Below are positions 1-9,843 of a stretch of DNA of 64,000 nucleotides, piece by piece (within the stretch, counting starts at the first letter, position 1; the number at the start of each line of letters is the position of its first letter). The notes beneath the pieces were generated by a model that saw only the letters and a list, made by a program, of their open reading frames with translations, did no database searches and was not told the origin of the DNA. A program made the position numbers and the translations under genes. This DNA is from an uncultured Pseudomonadota bacterium (GTDB lineage Bacteria > Myxococcota_A > Polyangia > Fen-1088). The stretch covers positions 1,126,510-1,190,509 of the forward strand of contig CAVZEF010000006.1 of NCBI GenBank assembly GCA_963774325.1, given 5' to 3'.

Positions 1-230
1 ACAGCCACGGAGTTTTCGCCTGGTACTCCCCCCACCGCCGCTGTATTCGTAGATACTACAGAGTTGCTACACCGGCATTCAAGACCGATTCGCGCCTCGC
101 CGATCGACGCTCAGCGAAAAACCGGATCCGCAGAACACCCGAGGACGCTCCGCGCTGTTTCTGACGCCGCACCGCTCATCCGCTGAATATTTGGGGGAAG
201 GCGCCCAGGCGTGCCCGACGGCCCTTGCGC

Positions 231-245
231 GAATCGCTGCGATTC
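231..245. promoter_or_regulatory. Perfect palindrome GAATCGC-T-GCGATTC upstream of the first CDS; candidate operator
   Basis: Read directly at 231-245, 35-90 nt upstream of the candidate starts at 281 and 323. No known consensus recognised. Confidence 0.25.
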
Positions 246-322
246 AAGTACATTCCGGCGCGAACCGCTAGGGGGACGTCGTGAGTCGGCTTTTCGTCGA
301 CTCCACGCGCGAAAGGCTTCAA

Positions 323-1897
323 ATGAACTGGCTCCGGGGGACGAAGGGGACGCTGCTCGTGGCAGCGATGGCGATGTTGGGGACCACCTGCACGCTGACG
401 CTCGACCACAGCGCCGTGCAGTGCAAGACCAGCGACGACTGCGTCACGCTGGGCATCTATCCGCTTTGCCAAAAGGGGCTGTGCGTACCGTCGGGCTTGC
501 AGCCGAACAAATGCTTCCTCATCAACCCGCCGAAGGTCCCCACGCAAGAGACGGACTTCTTGAACGCGTGTAGCACCAACGCGATGCTGGCCGTCACGAA
601 CGACAACACGGACAGCATCTGCCTCTCGTTCACGACGAAGCCCGACGACGGCGCGATGCTCAAGACTCCGCCCACGCCGCAGGTGAACGCGCCGAAGCTT
701 CCGACCGCACCAACAGCGATGTGCAAAGACCTGGCGGGGGGCAAGTCGATTCTTTACATCTCTGGCTCGAGTAACTTCGCGCCTCTCCTCCAGGAGCTCT
801 CGCAGGTCATCGTCACGAGCATCAACACCGTGCCGGTCTTCCGGACCACGACGTCGTGCACCGGCGTGAAATCGATGAACATGAACAGCACGACCTACAA
901 CGCTGATCACTTCATCAAGGACCCCACCAAGGACCCAACCGAGCCATTCCCGACCTACGCCCAGATCTTTCTTGGCGACGGTAATCCCGCCGTGCCCTGC
1001 CTGCTCGGCGCCCCCACCCCCGTGGACCTCGGCGAGTCGGAAATCGCGCAAGCCACCTGTGGACCACCCGAAAACCCACCCGACCTGGTGGGCGAGAGCC
1101 AGGGGCCGATCCTGCCCATCATCTTCGCCGTGCCCAAGCTCTCGACGCAGAAGGTGATCTCCGCGGAAGCCGCCAAGCTGGTCTTCGGGAGCGGCGGCGG
1201 CGTGGCGCCCTGGGAAGATCCGCGCTACCTGTACATCCGCGCGCAGGGGACCGCGACGCTGCGGCTCGTCGCCAACGAGATCAACCTCCCGCTGACCCAG
1301 TTCTGGGGAACGGACCAGGGCAGCGCCGCGGCGATGGCGAACAATCTGGCGGCTCTCACCACCCCGGACGAAGCGAACAAGGCGCTCGGGATCATCGGCA
1401 CCGACTATTACGATCAGATGGTCAACCGAGACCGCCTCAAGGCGCTGGGCTTCCAGGCCTCCGGCCAGACGTGCGCCTATCTGCCGGATTCCAGCCTGAC
1501 GAGCCTGGACAAGATCAACGTGCGCGACGGCCACTATCCGCTCTGGGGACGGATCCATTTCTTCGCCGCACGCGTGATGAACACCACCACGCTGGTTTCG
1601 CCGACCGCGTCGGCCTTCTTGGACCTGTTCGCGAATCCGACGCTGGATCCGGACATCTTCGCTGCGCTCATCAAGGCTGGCTTCGTTCCCCCGTGCGCGA
1701 TGAAGGTGACCCGCACCACCGAGCTCGGCGACTTCACTTACGACGATCCACCAGCGGTAAATTGCGGATGTGCCTTTGACGCGAAGGTCGGCACCACGCC
1801 AATGGACCCGGGGTGCACCATCTGCTCGCAAAACACCGACTGCCCCTCCGCCCGACCGTCGTGTCGCTACGGCTATTGCGAGAACGAATCGTCGTAG
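323..1897 (+). CDS. Secreted Cys-rich protein with a possible periplasmic-binding-protein-like core
   Basis: ORF 281..1897. The internal ATG at 323 gives a signal-like MNWLRGTKGTLLVAAMAMLGTTC. The termini are Cys-rich (CKTSDDCVTLGIYPLCQKGLC; CTICSQNTDCPSARPSCRYGYC). The core ILYISGSSNFAPLLQEL weakly resembles PstS-type binding folds. Confidence 0.5.
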   Translation: MNWLRGTKGTLLVAAMAMLGTTCTLTLDHSAVQCKTSDDCVTLGIYPLCQKGLCVPSGLQPNKCFLINPPKVPTQETDFLNACSTNAMLAVTNDNTDSICLSFTTKPDDGAMLKTPPTPQVNAPKLPTAPTAMCKDLAGGKSILYISGSSNFAPLLQELSQVIVTSINTVPVFRTTTSCTGVKSMNMNSTTYNADHFIKDPTKDPTEPFPTYAQIFLGDGNPAVPCLLGAPTPVDLGESEIAQATCGPPENPPDLVGESQGPILPIIFAVPKLSTQKVISAEAAKLVFGSGGGVAPWEDPRYLYIRAQGTATLRLVANEINLPLTQFWGTDQGSAAAMANNLAALTTPDEANKALGIIGTDYYDQMVNRDRLKALGFQASGQTCAYLPDSSLTSLDKINVRDGHYPLWGRIHFFAARVMNTTTLVSPTASAFLDLFANPTLDPDIFAALIKAGFVPPCAMKVTRTTELGDFTYDDPPAVNCGCAFDAKVGTTPMDPGCTICSQNTDCPSARPSCRYGYCENESS

Positions 1898-1924
1898 CAA
1901 CCGCGCGGTCAGCGCGGCGCCGGT

Positions 1925-2986
1925 TCAGTTCTGGCCGGTGAACTCCGGCAATCCCAGCGCGTTGGCGACCTGGTTCATCGTGTCGACCGCCGAGCCGGAC
2001 CGCGAAGGATCGGCCTCGTCGGTGACCGCGATATAGAGCATTCCGAACGGCGTGGCCGTGTCGTCGACCGACGGAGGATTCGACCATAGCGGCGGCGGGT
2101 CGGGGATCGCGTCGCCGGGAACGCTGGCGTACTGGGCGTCGAGACGATCGAAGGCCGCCATCGCGTTCTTGTCGAGATTCGTTTGGTACGTCTTGGTCGC
2201 GAGCCACATGCTGAATAGATCGTAGACCGCGCGCGTGCCGGAGAGGTTCGAGCGCAGGTCGGCCATCGTCGTCTGCGAGTAGCGTGACTCCTGCTGATTC
2301 ATGGCCGCGAGGCCGACCTTCTCCGCCTGCGAATTCACGAGCCCCGTCAGCCCCGTGAAGACCGCGCTGAGATCGATTGCCTTCGTCTTCCACTGATCGA
2401 GCAGCGTCTGCGTGTCGTCGACCAGACGCTGGCAGATCCCGCTCTTGAATTCCGCCGCCTGAGGGTCGGACGTGGGCCAGACCGCCGGCTGGTAGCCCGA
2501 CAGCGAGGATTCTGTGTCCGCGACGGTCTTGGGGCCCGGCGCGTACAGGATCCGTTCGATCGCGTGCATGCCGATCATCCCCTGGCCGTCGAACGGATCC
2601 GGATCGCCGGCGCCGTTCAGCGCCTTGATCATGTCCTCGTAGCGGGAATCGATCGCAGTGTCGATGTCCGAGAACATGGGCGCCACCGGCCCCTCGGCGC
2701 GCTCCCAGTGAAGGCGCGTGCGCGTCCACGCTTCCTTCATCGCGTCGATCGCCGCGCCGCTGTCCTGGGAAGGATCCCAGCCGGGCGAGAACGCCGCCGG
2801 CGCCGCCGCTTGCAGATCCAGAGCCGCCTGATTGAGGCCCTGGAGCTCCGTCAGCATCAGGGCATGCATGCTGGTGACGATATCGGCCTTGAGCTGGCCC
2901 TCGCTCTTACCTTCCGACCCGCACGCGGCGGGCACGACGGCGAGGAGCGCGACCGTTACAAGGGGAATGCGGTTTGAAAGGATCAT
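1925..2986 (-). CDS. Imelysin-like (peptidase M75 / iron-regulated protein A-like) lipoprotein
   Basis: ORF 1925..3109. The ATG at 2986 is preceded by GAGG. Lipoprotein signal MILSNRIPLVTVALLAVVPAAC is present. GMIGMHAIERILY carries the G-x-H-x-x-E imelysin hallmark. Confidence 0.7.
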   Translation of the reverse strand: MILSNRIPLVTVALLAVVPAACGSEGKSEGQLKADIVTSMHALMLTELQGLNQAALDLQAAAPAAFSPGWDPSQDSGAAIDAMKEAWTRTRLHWERAEGPVAPMFSDIDTAIDSRYEDMIKALNGAGDPDPFDGQGMIGMHAIERILYAPGPKTVADTESSLSGYQPAVWPTSDPQAAEFKSGICQRLVDDTQTLLDQWKTKAIDLSAVFTGLTGLVNSQAEKVGLAAMNQQESRYSQTTMADLRSNLSGTRAVYDLFSMWLATKTYQTNLDKNAMAAFDRLDAQYASVPGDAIPDPPPLWSNPPSVDDTATPFGMLYIAVTDEADPSRSGSAVDTMNQVANALGLPEFTGQN

Positions 2987-3109
2987 CACCTCGCCTTTGT
3001 GCCCGGCCGAGGTGCGAACCCTCCACCTCGCGCCACCAGTACCCGTTCGTGCCACCGTGCCCCGGCATAGTGCCGCACTTTGCAATTGCATTCCAGAGAC
3101 ACGCGACAC

Positions 3110-5188
3110 TCACAGCTCGATCTGCGCGCCGATCTCGACCACGCGGTTGGGCGGGATCGCGAAGAAGTCGGTCGCCGAACGCGCGTTGCGTGAGAGAAAG
3201 CGAAACAGCACCTTGCGCCATTCGGCCATGCCGCTGCCTTTGATGGAGAGCAGCGTCTCGCGTCCGAGGTAAAAGCTGATGTCCGACTCGTTGAGCCGCA
3301 GCTCTTGCAGCTTGCAACGCCGCAGAACGTCCAGCACCTTCGGCGACTCCATGAAACCGTAGTGCGCGGTCACGGCCCAGAACCCCTGGCCGAAGCTCTT
3401 GAGCCGCACCTTGTCTCGGTCGGCGACCTCGGGAACGGCGTCGGTGGCGATCGAGAGGATGATCACCTGTTGGTGCAGCACCTTGTTGTGCTTGAAGTGG
3501 TGCAGGAGCACGTTGGGCGTCCCGCGCCGCGTCGAGGTCAAGAACACCGCCGTACCCGCCACGCGGTACGGCTTGCTGACCTCGACGTCGGCGACGAACG
3601 CGTCGAGCGGCAGCACCTCGGACGAGATGCGCGCGTCCAGCAGCGCGCGGCCGCGCTTCCAGGTGATCATGACCGTGAAGACACCGACGGCGATCAGCAG
3701 CGGGACCCACCCGCCGTGCGCGATCTTCGCCGAGCAGGCGGCGAAGAACGACAGATCGATCGTCAGGAAGACCGCCACCAGCGCGCCGGCGTGCCAGCGG
3801 CTCCAGTGCCAGCGGTCGCGCGCGACGAAGTAGAACAGGACTGACGTGATCGCCATCGTGCCCGTGACCGCGATGCCGTACGCATCGGCGAGATCGCCCG
3901 ACGACCGGAAGCCCAGCACCAGCGCGATGCACGCGAGCATGAGCAGCCAGTTGACCTCCGGGATGTAGATCTGGCCTTCCGTCTTGCCCGAGGTGTGGAT
4001 GATCGTGACGCGCGGCAGGTAGCCGAGCTGCACGCCCTGGCGGGTCACCGAGAAGGCGCCCGAGATCAGCGCCTGCGAGGCGACGACCGTCGCCATCGTC
4101 GCCAGCAACACCATCGGCAGCAGCCACGCGCTCGGCACCATCGCGTAGAACGGGTTGGCGGCGGCGGCCGGCCGCTCGAGCAGCAGCGCACCCTGGCCGA
4201 AGTAGTTGATGAGCAGCGCCGGAAACACACACAGGTACCAGGCCGTGCGGATCGCGCGCGTCCCGAAGTGCCCCATGTCGGCATACAGCGCCTCGCCGCC
4301 GGTGACGCACAGGACGACCGAGCCCAGCACCAGGAAGCCGTGCCGCCCGTGTTTGAGGAAGAAGCGCACGGCGTAGATCGGATTCACCGCGTACAGGATC
4401 TCCGGGCGGCGCAGCACCCAGGGCAACCCCACCGCCGAGATCGCGACGAACCAGCATAGCGTCAGCGGACCGAAGACGGTGCCGATGCCGCCTGTGCCGC
4501 GCTTCTGCATTGAGAACAGCACCAGCAAGATCACGCAGGTGATCGGCACGACGAACGGAGAGAAGGCGGTGGTCGCGACCTCGAGCCCCTCGACGGCCGA
4601 GAGCACCGAGATCGCCGGCGTGATCACACCGTCGCCGTAGAGCAGCGCGGCGCCGAACAGGCCGAGCACGATCAGGATCATCCGGCTGCGATAGATGTTG
4701 GTCCAGGTCACGCGCCGCCAGCTGTGGCTGGACGAACCCGACGCGGTCGACGCGATCGCCGGCGGCGGCGGCGGCGCCATGCGCGCCACCAGCGCCATGA
4801 GCGCGAGTACCCCGCCCTCTCCGTCGTTGTCGGCGCGCATGACGTAGAACAAGTACTTCACCGACACGACCAGCGTGATCGACCAGAAGACCAGCGACAG
4901 CACGCCGAAGATGTTGGCGGTGACCGGCGCGACCCCATGGGGCAGCGTCACGCATTCCTTGATCGCGTAAAGGGGCGACGTGCCGATGTCGCCGTAGACG
5001 ACCCCGATCGCGCCCAGGGCCAGCTTCAGACCATCGATACCGTGAGCCGCGGGACGATGATGGGCGGCGTGCTGGCTCGCGTCAGCGGCCACGGCGGCGG
5101 TTGCGCCGCCCGGGCTGGGCGCGTGGGGACTTGCGGACATGTTCTTGCTGGCACCGGCTCGACACTGCGAGCCGGCTGCATAATGCAC
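3110..5188 (-). CDS. kup: KUP-family potassium uptake transporter
   Basis: The N-terminal signature GVVYGDIGTSPLYAIKE is present. The body is long and polytopic, followed by a cytoplasmic C-terminal domain. The start is GTG at 5188 or ATG at 5140. The frame is intact. Confidence 0.9.
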   Translation of the reverse strand: MHYAAGSQCRAGASKNMSASPHAPSPGGATAAVAADASQHAAHHRPAAHGIDGLKLALGAIGVVYGDIGTSPLYAIKECVTLPHGVAPVTANIFGVLSLVFWSITLVVSVKYLFYVMRADNDGEGGVLALMALVARMAPPPPPAIASTASGSSSHSWRRVTWTNIYRSRMILIVLGLFGAALLYGDGVITPAISVLSAVEGLEVATTAFSPFVVPITCVILLVLFSMQKRGTGGIGTVFGPLTLCWFVAISAVGLPWVLRRPEILYAVNPIYAVRFFLKHGRHGFLVLGSVVLCVTGGEALYADMGHFGTRAIRTAWYLCVFPALLINYFGQGALLLERPAAAANPFYAMVPSAWLLPMVLLATMATVVASQALISGAFSVTRQGVQLGYLPRVTIIHTSGKTEGQIYIPEVNWLLMLACIALVLGFRSSGDLADAYGIAVTGTMAITSVLFYFVARDRWHWSRWHAGALVAVFLTIDLSFFAACSAKIAHGGWVPLLIAVGVFTVMITWKRGRALLDARISSEVLPLDAFVADVEVSKPYRVAGTAVFLTSTRRGTPNVLLHHFKHNKVLHQQVIILSIATDAVPEVADRDKVRLKSFGQGFWAVTAHYGFMESPKVLDVLRRCKLQELRLNESDISFYLGRETLLSIKGSGMAEWRKVLFRFLSRNARSATDFFAIPPNRVVEIGAQIEL

Positions 5189-5255
5189 TAACTGACGTTT
5201 CCGGTAAGTGTCGAACAGGTAAAGCCGCGCGACACGCGGACGCGCCGCCGCGGTC

Positions 5256-6017
5256 TCACTCGGCTTCTTGCAAGAAGAACGAGATCTTGAAGCCGCGGAT
5301 GCGCACGGGCACCGCCGCGCCGTCTTTCTGGCCCGGCTCGAAGTGACAGCCCTTGATCGCGGCGATCGCCGCCTCGGTCAGGCCGTGGGGCAGGCCGCTC
5401 ACCACGTGGATCTCGCGCGTGCGGCCTTTCTCGTCGACGATCAGATCCAGCACGACCGTGCCCTCGGTCGCCGCCTGCCGCGCCTCATCCGTGTAGATGC
5501 CCATGCAGCGCCCCTCCGGCAGCGGCATCTTCGTGACCTCGTAGGCCTGGACCGGCGCCATCGGCGCCGGCGGCGCATGGCGGTCGGCGCCGTTGCCGCC
5601 GCCAGATTGCGACGGCGCGCCGCGGCCGGAGTTGCCGATCGGCAGCGCCGGTCCACCGCCGCCGGGCGACGTCGACTCCATCGTCACGCCGAACACCGGC
5701 GCCGCCGACGGATCGGCGGTGGGCCGCGGCACGTCGGGCGGCGGCGGGCTCTCGGGCACCGGCGCGGGCGCGCGCGCCGGCGTCGGGCGCGCGCGCACGT
5801 GCTCGTGCACCACGGGCTGCGGCTTCGGCGCTTCGGGCGGCGGCGCCTCGGGCGGCGGCTCGGGCGCGGGCGGCGGCGGTGACACCACGCGGATCGAGAT
5901 CACGCGCTTCGTCGTGTCCGACGCACGCGCGGGCAGACGCCCCAGCTCGTGCGCGAGCGCGACGTGCGCCGCCACCGACAGCACGACGCAGGCGATCAGG
6001 CGGCCGTCTCGGATCAC
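5256..6017 (-). CDS. tonB: Energy transducer TonB
   Basis: The GTG at 6017 lies just after GGAGGG. There is a TM segment LIACVVLSVAAHVALA and a Pro-rich linker PPPPAPEPPPEAPPPEAPKP. The C-terminal TonB_C-like domain reads GTVVLDLIVDEKGRTREIHVVSGLPHGLTEAAIAAIKGCHFEPG. Confidence 0.8.
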   Translation of the reverse strand: MIRDGRLIACVVLSVAAHVALAHELGRLPARASDTTKRVISIRVVSPPPPAPEPPPEAPPPEAPKPQPVVHEHVRARPTPARAPAPVPESPPPPDVPRPTADPSAAPVFGVTMESTSPGGGGPALPIGNSGRGAPSQSGGGNGADRHAPPAPMAPVQAYEVTKMPLPEGRCMGIYTDEARQAATEGTVVLDLIVDEKGRTREIHVVSGLPHGLTEAAIAAIKGCHFEPGQKDGAAVPVRIRGFKISFFLQEAE

Positions 6018-6446
6018 GGCCCTCCGGGCGGCGTCATCACCGAGGGATCGATCTGGATCGCGAACGACGAGACGCCCAGCGACTTCACCGATGTCGAGCA
6101 CCCAGACCACGCGGCCGTGCGACACCGACTTGTCGCCGGAGATCACCGCCTGCGTCTTCGGATCCTTGGCGACCGCGGCGCGGACCGCGTCGCGCAGCGC
6201 CGCCGGCGTGGTCGGCTTGCCGTTCAGATACAGCGCCCCCTCGCGCGTCAGCGTCACCGCCAGCGTCGTGGGATTGAGCGACGTGCTCTGGCTGGCCTTG
6301 GGCAGCTCGACCTCGATCGCCTGGCGCGCGATCAGGTTGGCGGTGAGCATGAAGATGATCAGCAGCACCAGCATGATGTCGACGAGCGGCGTGACGTTGA
6401 TGTCGGTGATGATGCCGCGGCGGCGCGCGCTCGAGCCGGCCATCAC
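6014..6446 (-). CDS. exbD: ExbD/TolR biopolymer transport protein, frame-disrupted near 6088-6090
   Basis: N-terminus is ITDINVTPLVDIMLVLLIIFML...ISGDKSVSHGRVVWVLDI. After the GG run at 6088-6090 the ExbD-like sequence continues in another frame (KSLGVSSFAIQIDPSVMTPPGGP). That frame ends at TGA 6014-6016, overlapping the tonB GTG. As sequenced, the ORF runs straight into tonB (5256..6446). Confidence 0.75.
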
Positions 6447-7132
6447 GCCTCCTCTCGCGCGCCGTCTCCGTTGCGCACCGGCTCGGCGGCGGCGCTGGTG
6501 GTGCTCTTGAGCAGCGCGAGGATCTCGTGGGCCAGCACCTCCGACCGCGAGGCCACGCTCTCGACGTGGCGCATGAACGCGTTGTACGTCGCGACCGCGG
6601 GCAGCGCGACGACCAGGCCGATGCCGGTCGCGACCAGCGCTTCGGCGATGCCGGCCATCACCGCCTGCGTCCCCTGCAGCGCGCTGCCGGCCAGGTCGTG
6701 GAACGCGCGGATGATGCCGAGCACCGTGCCGAACAGACCGACGAAGGGCGCGTTGTTGCCCAGCGTGCCCAGGAACGCGAGCCGCCGCTCGTAGCGCGCG
6801 CGCTCGCGCTCGACCGCCGCCGCCTTGCGCTCCTCGGCGGCGGCCACGCCGTCGGCGGCGCTGGTCAGGCAGGCGCGCGCGACCGCCGCCTCCATCGACC
6901 GCGCGCCCGCGAGCTTGCCGAGCGCGCTGACCGCGCCGCGATCGCGCAGCGCCGCCAGCGCGCCGTCGATGACGTCACCCGGGCGGCGCTCGCTCCAGAA
7001 GAACCACGAGCGCTCGAACATCACCGCGACCGCCACGACGCTGAGCCCCAGCAGCAGGTACAGCACCCAGCGCGAGCCCGCTCGCAGCATCAGATCCAGA
7101 ACCTGAGTGTCGATCGCGTTCCCGTTGTTCAT
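6443..7132 (-). CDS. exbB: MotA/TolQ/ExbB proton-channel protein
   Basis: 229 aa with three TM segments. The conserved C-terminal core reads FLGTLGNNAPFVGLFGTVLGIIRAFHDL...IAEALVATGIGLVVALPA. Its stop overlaps the exbD start (GTGATG at 6441-6446). Confidence 0.85.
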   Translation of the reverse strand: MNNGNAIDTQVLDLMLRAGSRWVLYLLLGLSVVAVAVMFERSWFFWSERRPGDVIDGALAALRDRGAVSALGKLAGARSMEAAVARACLTSAADGVAAAEERKAAAVERERARYERRLAFLGTLGNNAPFVGLFGTVLGIIRAFHDLAGSALQGTQAVMAGIAEALVATGIGLVVALPAVATYNAFMRHVESVASRSEVLAHEILALLKSTTSAAAEPVRNGDGAREEA

Positions 7133-7144
7133 GATGTCTCCTGA

Positions 7145-9843
7145 TCAGAGCCTGCCCCGCAGGCCGACGGTCGGCAGCACGTAGCGAATCACGGTGCCCG
7201 GCTGAACCTCTTCCGGCAACAGCGCGACGTTCGTGATGTCGACGTAGAAATCGAGCAGCCACTTGCGATACACGGCGCGCTTGTCGACGCGCAGATCGAG
7301 GCGCATGTAGCCCGCCTTGCGCGCGGCGTTGTAGCCGCTGGTCACGGGCACCGGGCGCGCCGCTCTGGTACTGCCAGCGCACGCCGAGGTCCCAGTTGCG
7401 GCGCAGCGGCAGGCCGGCGACCACGTTGAGCAGGTGCGTGCGATCGAAGTCGTACGGCACCCAGGCCATCGTCGTCTGGCCGTTCAGGGTCTGGCTGCGC
7501 AGGCGCTCGGAGCGCGACAGCGTGTACGAGATCCAGCCGAACACGCCGGTCTTCGACTGGCGGCGGAGCAGCACCTCGACGCCGTAGGCGCGGCCGGTCT
7601 CGGGCTGCGTGAGCCGATCGATGAACATCTGGGCGTTGTTCGGCGGCATCGACGATCGACGTCGGCAGGAGCCCGGTGTTGGCGTTGGTCACGACCGCCG
7701 CGTCGTTGACCTGGAGGTCGAAGATCGTCGGGTCCATGTAGTTGAAGAACCCCTCGACGTTGAACTGAAAGCGCTGCTCGAGCGGGATCTCGACGCCCAG
7801 GCTGGTCTGGTACGAGCGCAGCAGGCCGTACTTGAGCGGCATCATGTCGAGGCCGGGCAGCGGCAGCACGAAGCGCGGCGGCTGGTGATAGATGCCGGCG
7901 CTGCCCTTGAGCCAGATCGCGCTGTCGTCGCTGCCGGGCGGCACGTCGGGCAGGTCTCGATCGGCCAGCTTGTAGCGCACGGTCAGGCGCGGATCGACGT
8001 CGGACTTCGTCGTGGTGCCGTCGGAGTTGGTGTCGGCGCGGACGCCGGGGCGGATCAGGAGCCGCGGCGTCGGCCGCCACAGCGCCTCGACATAAGGCGA
8101 CACGCCGTAGAACTCGTCGAGCTGCGAGGTGATCAGCGACAGCGCGTTGGCGCCCGACGCCGCGCCCGCGCCCTGCTCGATCTTGTGGAAGTACGCCTGG
8201 ACGCCCGCGTCGAGGGTCAGGCGCGGTCGCCACGACCCAGCGCGCGGTCGCGGTCGGCTCGGCGCTCCACACCGTGAAGTCGGTGCCCATGCTGAAGGTG
8301 TGGTCGTAGCCCGCCACCAGCGCGCAGGGTCTCCTCGAGCCCGCCGTCGGCGTGGCGGTAGCGAAGATCGACGCGGTGAAAGCCCAGGACCAGCGTCGGC
8401 GTCAGCGGCGGGTTGGGCGCGTTCGGGTCGGCGGTCGCCGCCACCGTGTCGAGCTCGTCGTTCGCGCCGAACACGAACACCGTCCAGCCGTTGCGCGGCG
8501 TGCCGCCGTCGAGCGCGCAGCTGGTAGTCCCAGTACGACAGCGTCAGGCGGTCGGTCGCCAGGCCGAGCAGGAAGCCGGGGTAGCCGTAGCGCGCGGCCG
8601 CGGTGATCGTCGCGCCGATCGGCTTGATCGGCTCGCGCACGAAGCCGCCGACCTGAAGCAGGTTCGCGTCGAAGTCGAGCAGGTGCTCGTCGGGCCGCGC
8701 GCGCGCCGTGCGGCCGTCGATGATGCCGCCCGTGTAGCCGCCGTACGACGCGGGCGCGCCTCCGGGATAGAACTGGATCTCGTCGATGAACTCGGGGTGG
8801 ATGACGCTGGTCCCGAGCAGCAGGTGGTAGAGCAGCGGCACGCGCGTGCCGTCGAGCAGGAAGCCGGTCGAGCTCGGGCTCGCGCCGCGCACCACCGGGT
8901 ACGGCAGCAGCGACACCACCGACGCGACGCCGGGCAGCGTCTGGATCACGCGGAACGGATCGCCGAACGTGCCCGGGATCTGCTTGATCTCCGCGCCCGC
9001 GCAGCGTGATGCGCGAGACCTCCTCGCGCCGCCGGTCGCCGACCACGATGATCTCGTACGGATCGTAGCGATCGCGCTCGACGAAGTACTTCACGCCCAG
9101 CTCCTGGTTCGCGACCAGCGTCTCCTGCTGCACGAACGGGTTGTGGCTGGCGGCGTAGACCGAGACCTTGGCGGGCCCCGGCGGCAGCGGGCAGGCGAAA
9201 GCGGCCGCGCGCGTCGGCGTCGGCGCTGTAGTGCTGAGCGCCGACGATCGCGGTCACCGTCGCGCCGGCGACCGGCGCGCGCGTGCCGAGCTCGATCAGG
9301 CGGCCGCGCAGCACCGACGTGCGCGCCGGGCCCTCGTCCTTGGCCGCGGCTGGCGCGGGCGGCGGGTGGCGGCGGCAAGAACGTGTTGGTGAACGTGATC
9401 TCGACCGGCACCGGCGTGCCGGCGTAGCGCGCCGGCTGGAAACGGAACGCCTTCGCCGCCGCGATGACCGCGTCGTCGAAGGGCGGCTGCGGCGGCGTCT
9501 TGACCTCGACCTTCTGCACGGCGCCGGTGACGTCGACGAGCAGCTTCACCGTCACGACGACGGTTGCCGGTGATCGGCGGGGCGCCGGGCGGCGCCGGCA
9601 CGCTCCGGTCGGAGAGCAGCCGCGGCGGCTCGAAGCTCGGCGCGACGCTGCCATCGGCGTGGGCTTCGGCCATTGCGGGCGCGGGCGATGCGTCGCCGGC
9701 GCACCCGCGTCGGCCGAGGCCGCCGCGTCGCCCGCCACCTGCGCGACCGGCGACGGCGCCCCCGCGTCGGAGTTCGCTCGAGCGCGCGCCGGGAGCGACA
9801 GCCACACAGCAGCGGCCAGCGCCGCTGCGCGGATCACCGCCAC
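7145..9843 (-). pseudogene. TonB-dependent receptor with N-terminal TonB_C-like and carboxypeptidase-regulatory-like domains; about 10 frame changes
   Basis: Reassembled from these minus-strand pieces:
- 9091..10014
- 9296..9805
- 8946..9314
- 8402..9133
- 7342..8949
- 8217..8480
- 7484..8317
- 6975..7649
- 7145..7351

Domains in order:
- Signal peptide VIRAAALAAAVWLSLPARARA.
- TonB_C-like domain TVVVTVKLLVDVTGAVQKVEVK...FRFQPARYAGTPVPVEITF.
- CarboxypepD_reg-like segment VLRGRLIELGTRAPVAGATVTAIVGAQ.
- Plug FGDPFRVIQTLPGVASV...GFLLDGTRVP.
- Barrel running to ...VLPTVGLRGRL. Confidence 0.8.

Noticed and set aside
1-175. Possible 3' end of an RNA gene at the window start
   Set aside because: The composition is slightly lower in GC. 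There is no recognisable tRNA, tmRNA, 5S or RNase P structure, and too little sequence to judge.
176-1900. 574-aa minus-strand ORF covering the whole first gene
   Set aside because: Its composition is Arg/Gly/Ala-rich. It lies antisense to a protein-like plus-strand ORF with a signal peptide. This is the typical open antisense frame of very GC-rich DNA.
2907-4955. 682-aa minus-strand ORF overlapping kup in another frame
   Set aside because: It is Arg-rich nonsense. The kup frame carries the unmistakable KUP signature and hydrophobic segments.
5256-6446. Genuine natural ExbD-TonB fusion protein
   Set aside because: The ExbD C-terminus and a perfectly placed stop/start overlap exist in the adjacent frame. 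A single extra G explains the fusion. It is kept as a finding only because read-level data are needed.
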